Assembly: GCA_965153285.1 (NCBI GenBank)
Contig: OZ229114.1
Length of the DNA stretch: 64,000 bases
Reading direction: 5' to 3' (one strand)
Source of the DNA: Podarcis tiliguerta
Taxonomy: Eukaryota
The notes beneath the pieces were generated by a model. The model worked only from the letters and a program-made list of their open reading frames with translations. It ran no database searches and was not told the origin of the DNA. Positions 61,961-64,000 of this stretch are shown here, piece by piece. Every line of letters begins with the position of its first letter. The first letter of the stretch is position 1. The position numbers and the translations under genes are program-made.

Positions 61961-64000
61961 TGGGAGCAGTGGAGCAGCTCTTGGGGACTTCTTTACTTTC
62001 TTACATGGTCTTGGGATGTTGCATTCTGACCATAGTAACAGTTCAGTATGCATTTCTTTATTTCTTTACGAGACACCATTTCCCCTCTCCCTGCTTGTAT
62101 TATAGGGCTCTGCTACAGACGCCCAGTAACCACAGGTAACCACAAGCCCATGGTGCAATCAGCATGGGCTTAATTAACTGCCTCCATACTACTGAAGATA
62201 ACTGTATTTTCCAGCAAAGTTTTTGGTTGCTGAATTCTCTCACTAGGGTGCTTTCTGTCCATTGGCTCTGGAGAATGTGGTGGCTGCTTTGATCTGAAAA
62301 TGGGATTTTCCAACCCTGCTAAGAAAGCAGATTATTTTAATCTTTTGCGCTGTGCAGATACATGCCTTGTACTGTCAATTGCCAAGACTTTAAAAGGGTT
62401 GTGTTTTTTTCCAAAGGGAACAAATAGTGTTTAGGAGTCATAAACAGTGATTGCGTTGCATAGGCCCCCAGCTGTCATTGGAACACTTGAAAGCCAACTA
62501 CTATATGTGGAAGACAGATGAGACGCTAAAATGCTGCAGATTAATCTTCTAAGGAAAAAGGTAGGACCAACATGTGACTTGGAGCATTTAGAACTGCACT
62601 GAAAAAGTGAGAAAATACACTTCAGGAAATAAAGTAGTCCAAGGCAATAAAAGTAACAGATCAGGGTCCTCTAGCTTCTTTTACTCCAAATAATAGGCTA
62701 TTGATTTAGGTGTGAACTCTAACTCCAATTCACTGTGTGAGTCATATGCCCCTGCTTCTGACATCACATTGGAAATGGGAATGATTCATGGGTCTGCTAT
62801 TCCCTTTTCTCTGCAAGGTCCAAATTGGCTTTAATTTCCTGCCTGGAAAGATTAATAGGCACCCTGAGCAGACATGTGCATTATTTGACTATCCTATCAA
62901 AGATCCAAGGATGAGTGTATGGTCTGTGCACTTGTTTCAACTTTCTGGAGGAGTTGGGCCACTACTGGCCTTCATGATATCCCATGGCAACCTTTGGCAA
63001 AGTTCCTGTGCTTTCCTGGAAATGGCAGCTTCTGAATTTAAACACAAGGTACTTCAGTTTGAAAGGTGAAGTGCCACACATACTGACTAAGTGGGAATGC
63101 TTGCAAATTGCACCCAAGGGGCACATCCTATCTATGTAAACAACACAAGCAAGAGGACCAGATACATGAACCATTTCTCACTACTTATCAGCTGCCCAAC
63201 CATAGATCATTGATCACATGTGCGTCACGTAATCCTCCTGTTGCAGAATAAACAGGGTCCCATGCTAAATGAAGTTGAGTGTTCCTAACTAACCGAGAGC
63301 AGGACTGTGTACAGAATCATCAGACTGGCAGCAGTAGCCTGCTCAATATGCATGTGGGTGCAGTAGGCAAAATCAATAATGTCCTATCCTTTATATCAGT
63401 GGCTAAGAATCCAGTGTCATCATGAAAATTGTAACAGCAAGATATAGGTGGTGGAGACCAGATTCTGACCATCTTTCCATGCTCTACTTTAAACTGAAGC
63501 TTGGCTGTTGATTCACAGAACACTGGGTGCATATTTGACTGTCACTGCTTAGATCTAAATGGTGCTACCTCCAAGAGAGAACTAAGACAGACACGCCTCG
63601 TCACAGAAACATAATAATTCACCTCACACAGCTTATTCCTGCAAAATGAATCAGAGTGTTAGGAATTTACCTGCTCCACAAGTCATGTGGCTACACATCT
63701 TTTGTGAGAGAGCACCAGCTAGCTAGCATGTGCGTGACTCAATGAAGGCAGCAGACTGACTGGCTTTGACCCAGGCTAGGAAGTGCCCAGGATGTTAGCC
63801 ATTACAGAGCTTGGGGGTATTCTTCTTTTAATAAAACTGTCTGGTGAGTAAGAGAGAGAGGTTAGATTATATTATTTATAATAGCAACTGTGACTGCATT
63901 CTACATCCTGCCTAATCAAAATCCCCTCTTAGCAGCTACATCCTGCCTAATCTAAATATCCTCTCTGATTTCAAATAGATACGGCTTTGTTCTTTTGATT

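Noticed and set aside
39614-64000. AFAP1L2 exon 1 or promoter, or a nested gene
   Set aside because: No non-repeat CpG island or MxRYK-type exon recognised; the CpG-rich patches at 57.8 kb and 60.7 kb are TEs. A tiny exon could have been missed by eye.

Overview
Vertebrate genomic DNA, most likely a squamate reptile and probably a lacertid lizard (inferred from a Sauria SINE, a Bov-B fragment and the MITE families). Two convergent, tail-to-tail genes fill the window. (1) VWA2/AMACO, + strand: the last 8 coding exons, 339-11343 (end of VWA1, Cys-rich linker, EGF1, VWA2, VWA3, EGF2, RGD-bearing tail). (2) AFAP1L2/XB130, - strand: exons 2-19 at 39613-16946, plus an 84-nt cassette exon at 30634-30717 that the ORF track misses. 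Exon 1 was not found and probably lies beyond 64000, so 39614-64000 is treated as intron 1. Every exon boundary was read by hand and is GT-AG with consistent phase. Exon numbers follow the human genes from memory. Introns are rich in transposon debris: a dead, internally deleted IR/DR Tc1 element, many hAT and Tc1/pogo MITEs with TSDs, Bov-B, RTE-X-like, L1-like, L2 and CR1 3' ends, tRNA-derived SINEs, and several nested insertions. I found no wholly new multi-gene system, and nearly all other ORFs in the track look spurious. The strongest leads are: a Bov-B insertion whose TSD duplicates an AFAP1L2 splice donor; the hidden cassette exon with an ITIM/EPIYA-like VIYATI motif; a stop-free in-frame terminal intron; an overlapping two-strand poly(A) signal between the genes; and an apparently complete MIDAS plus an RGD motif in VWA2.
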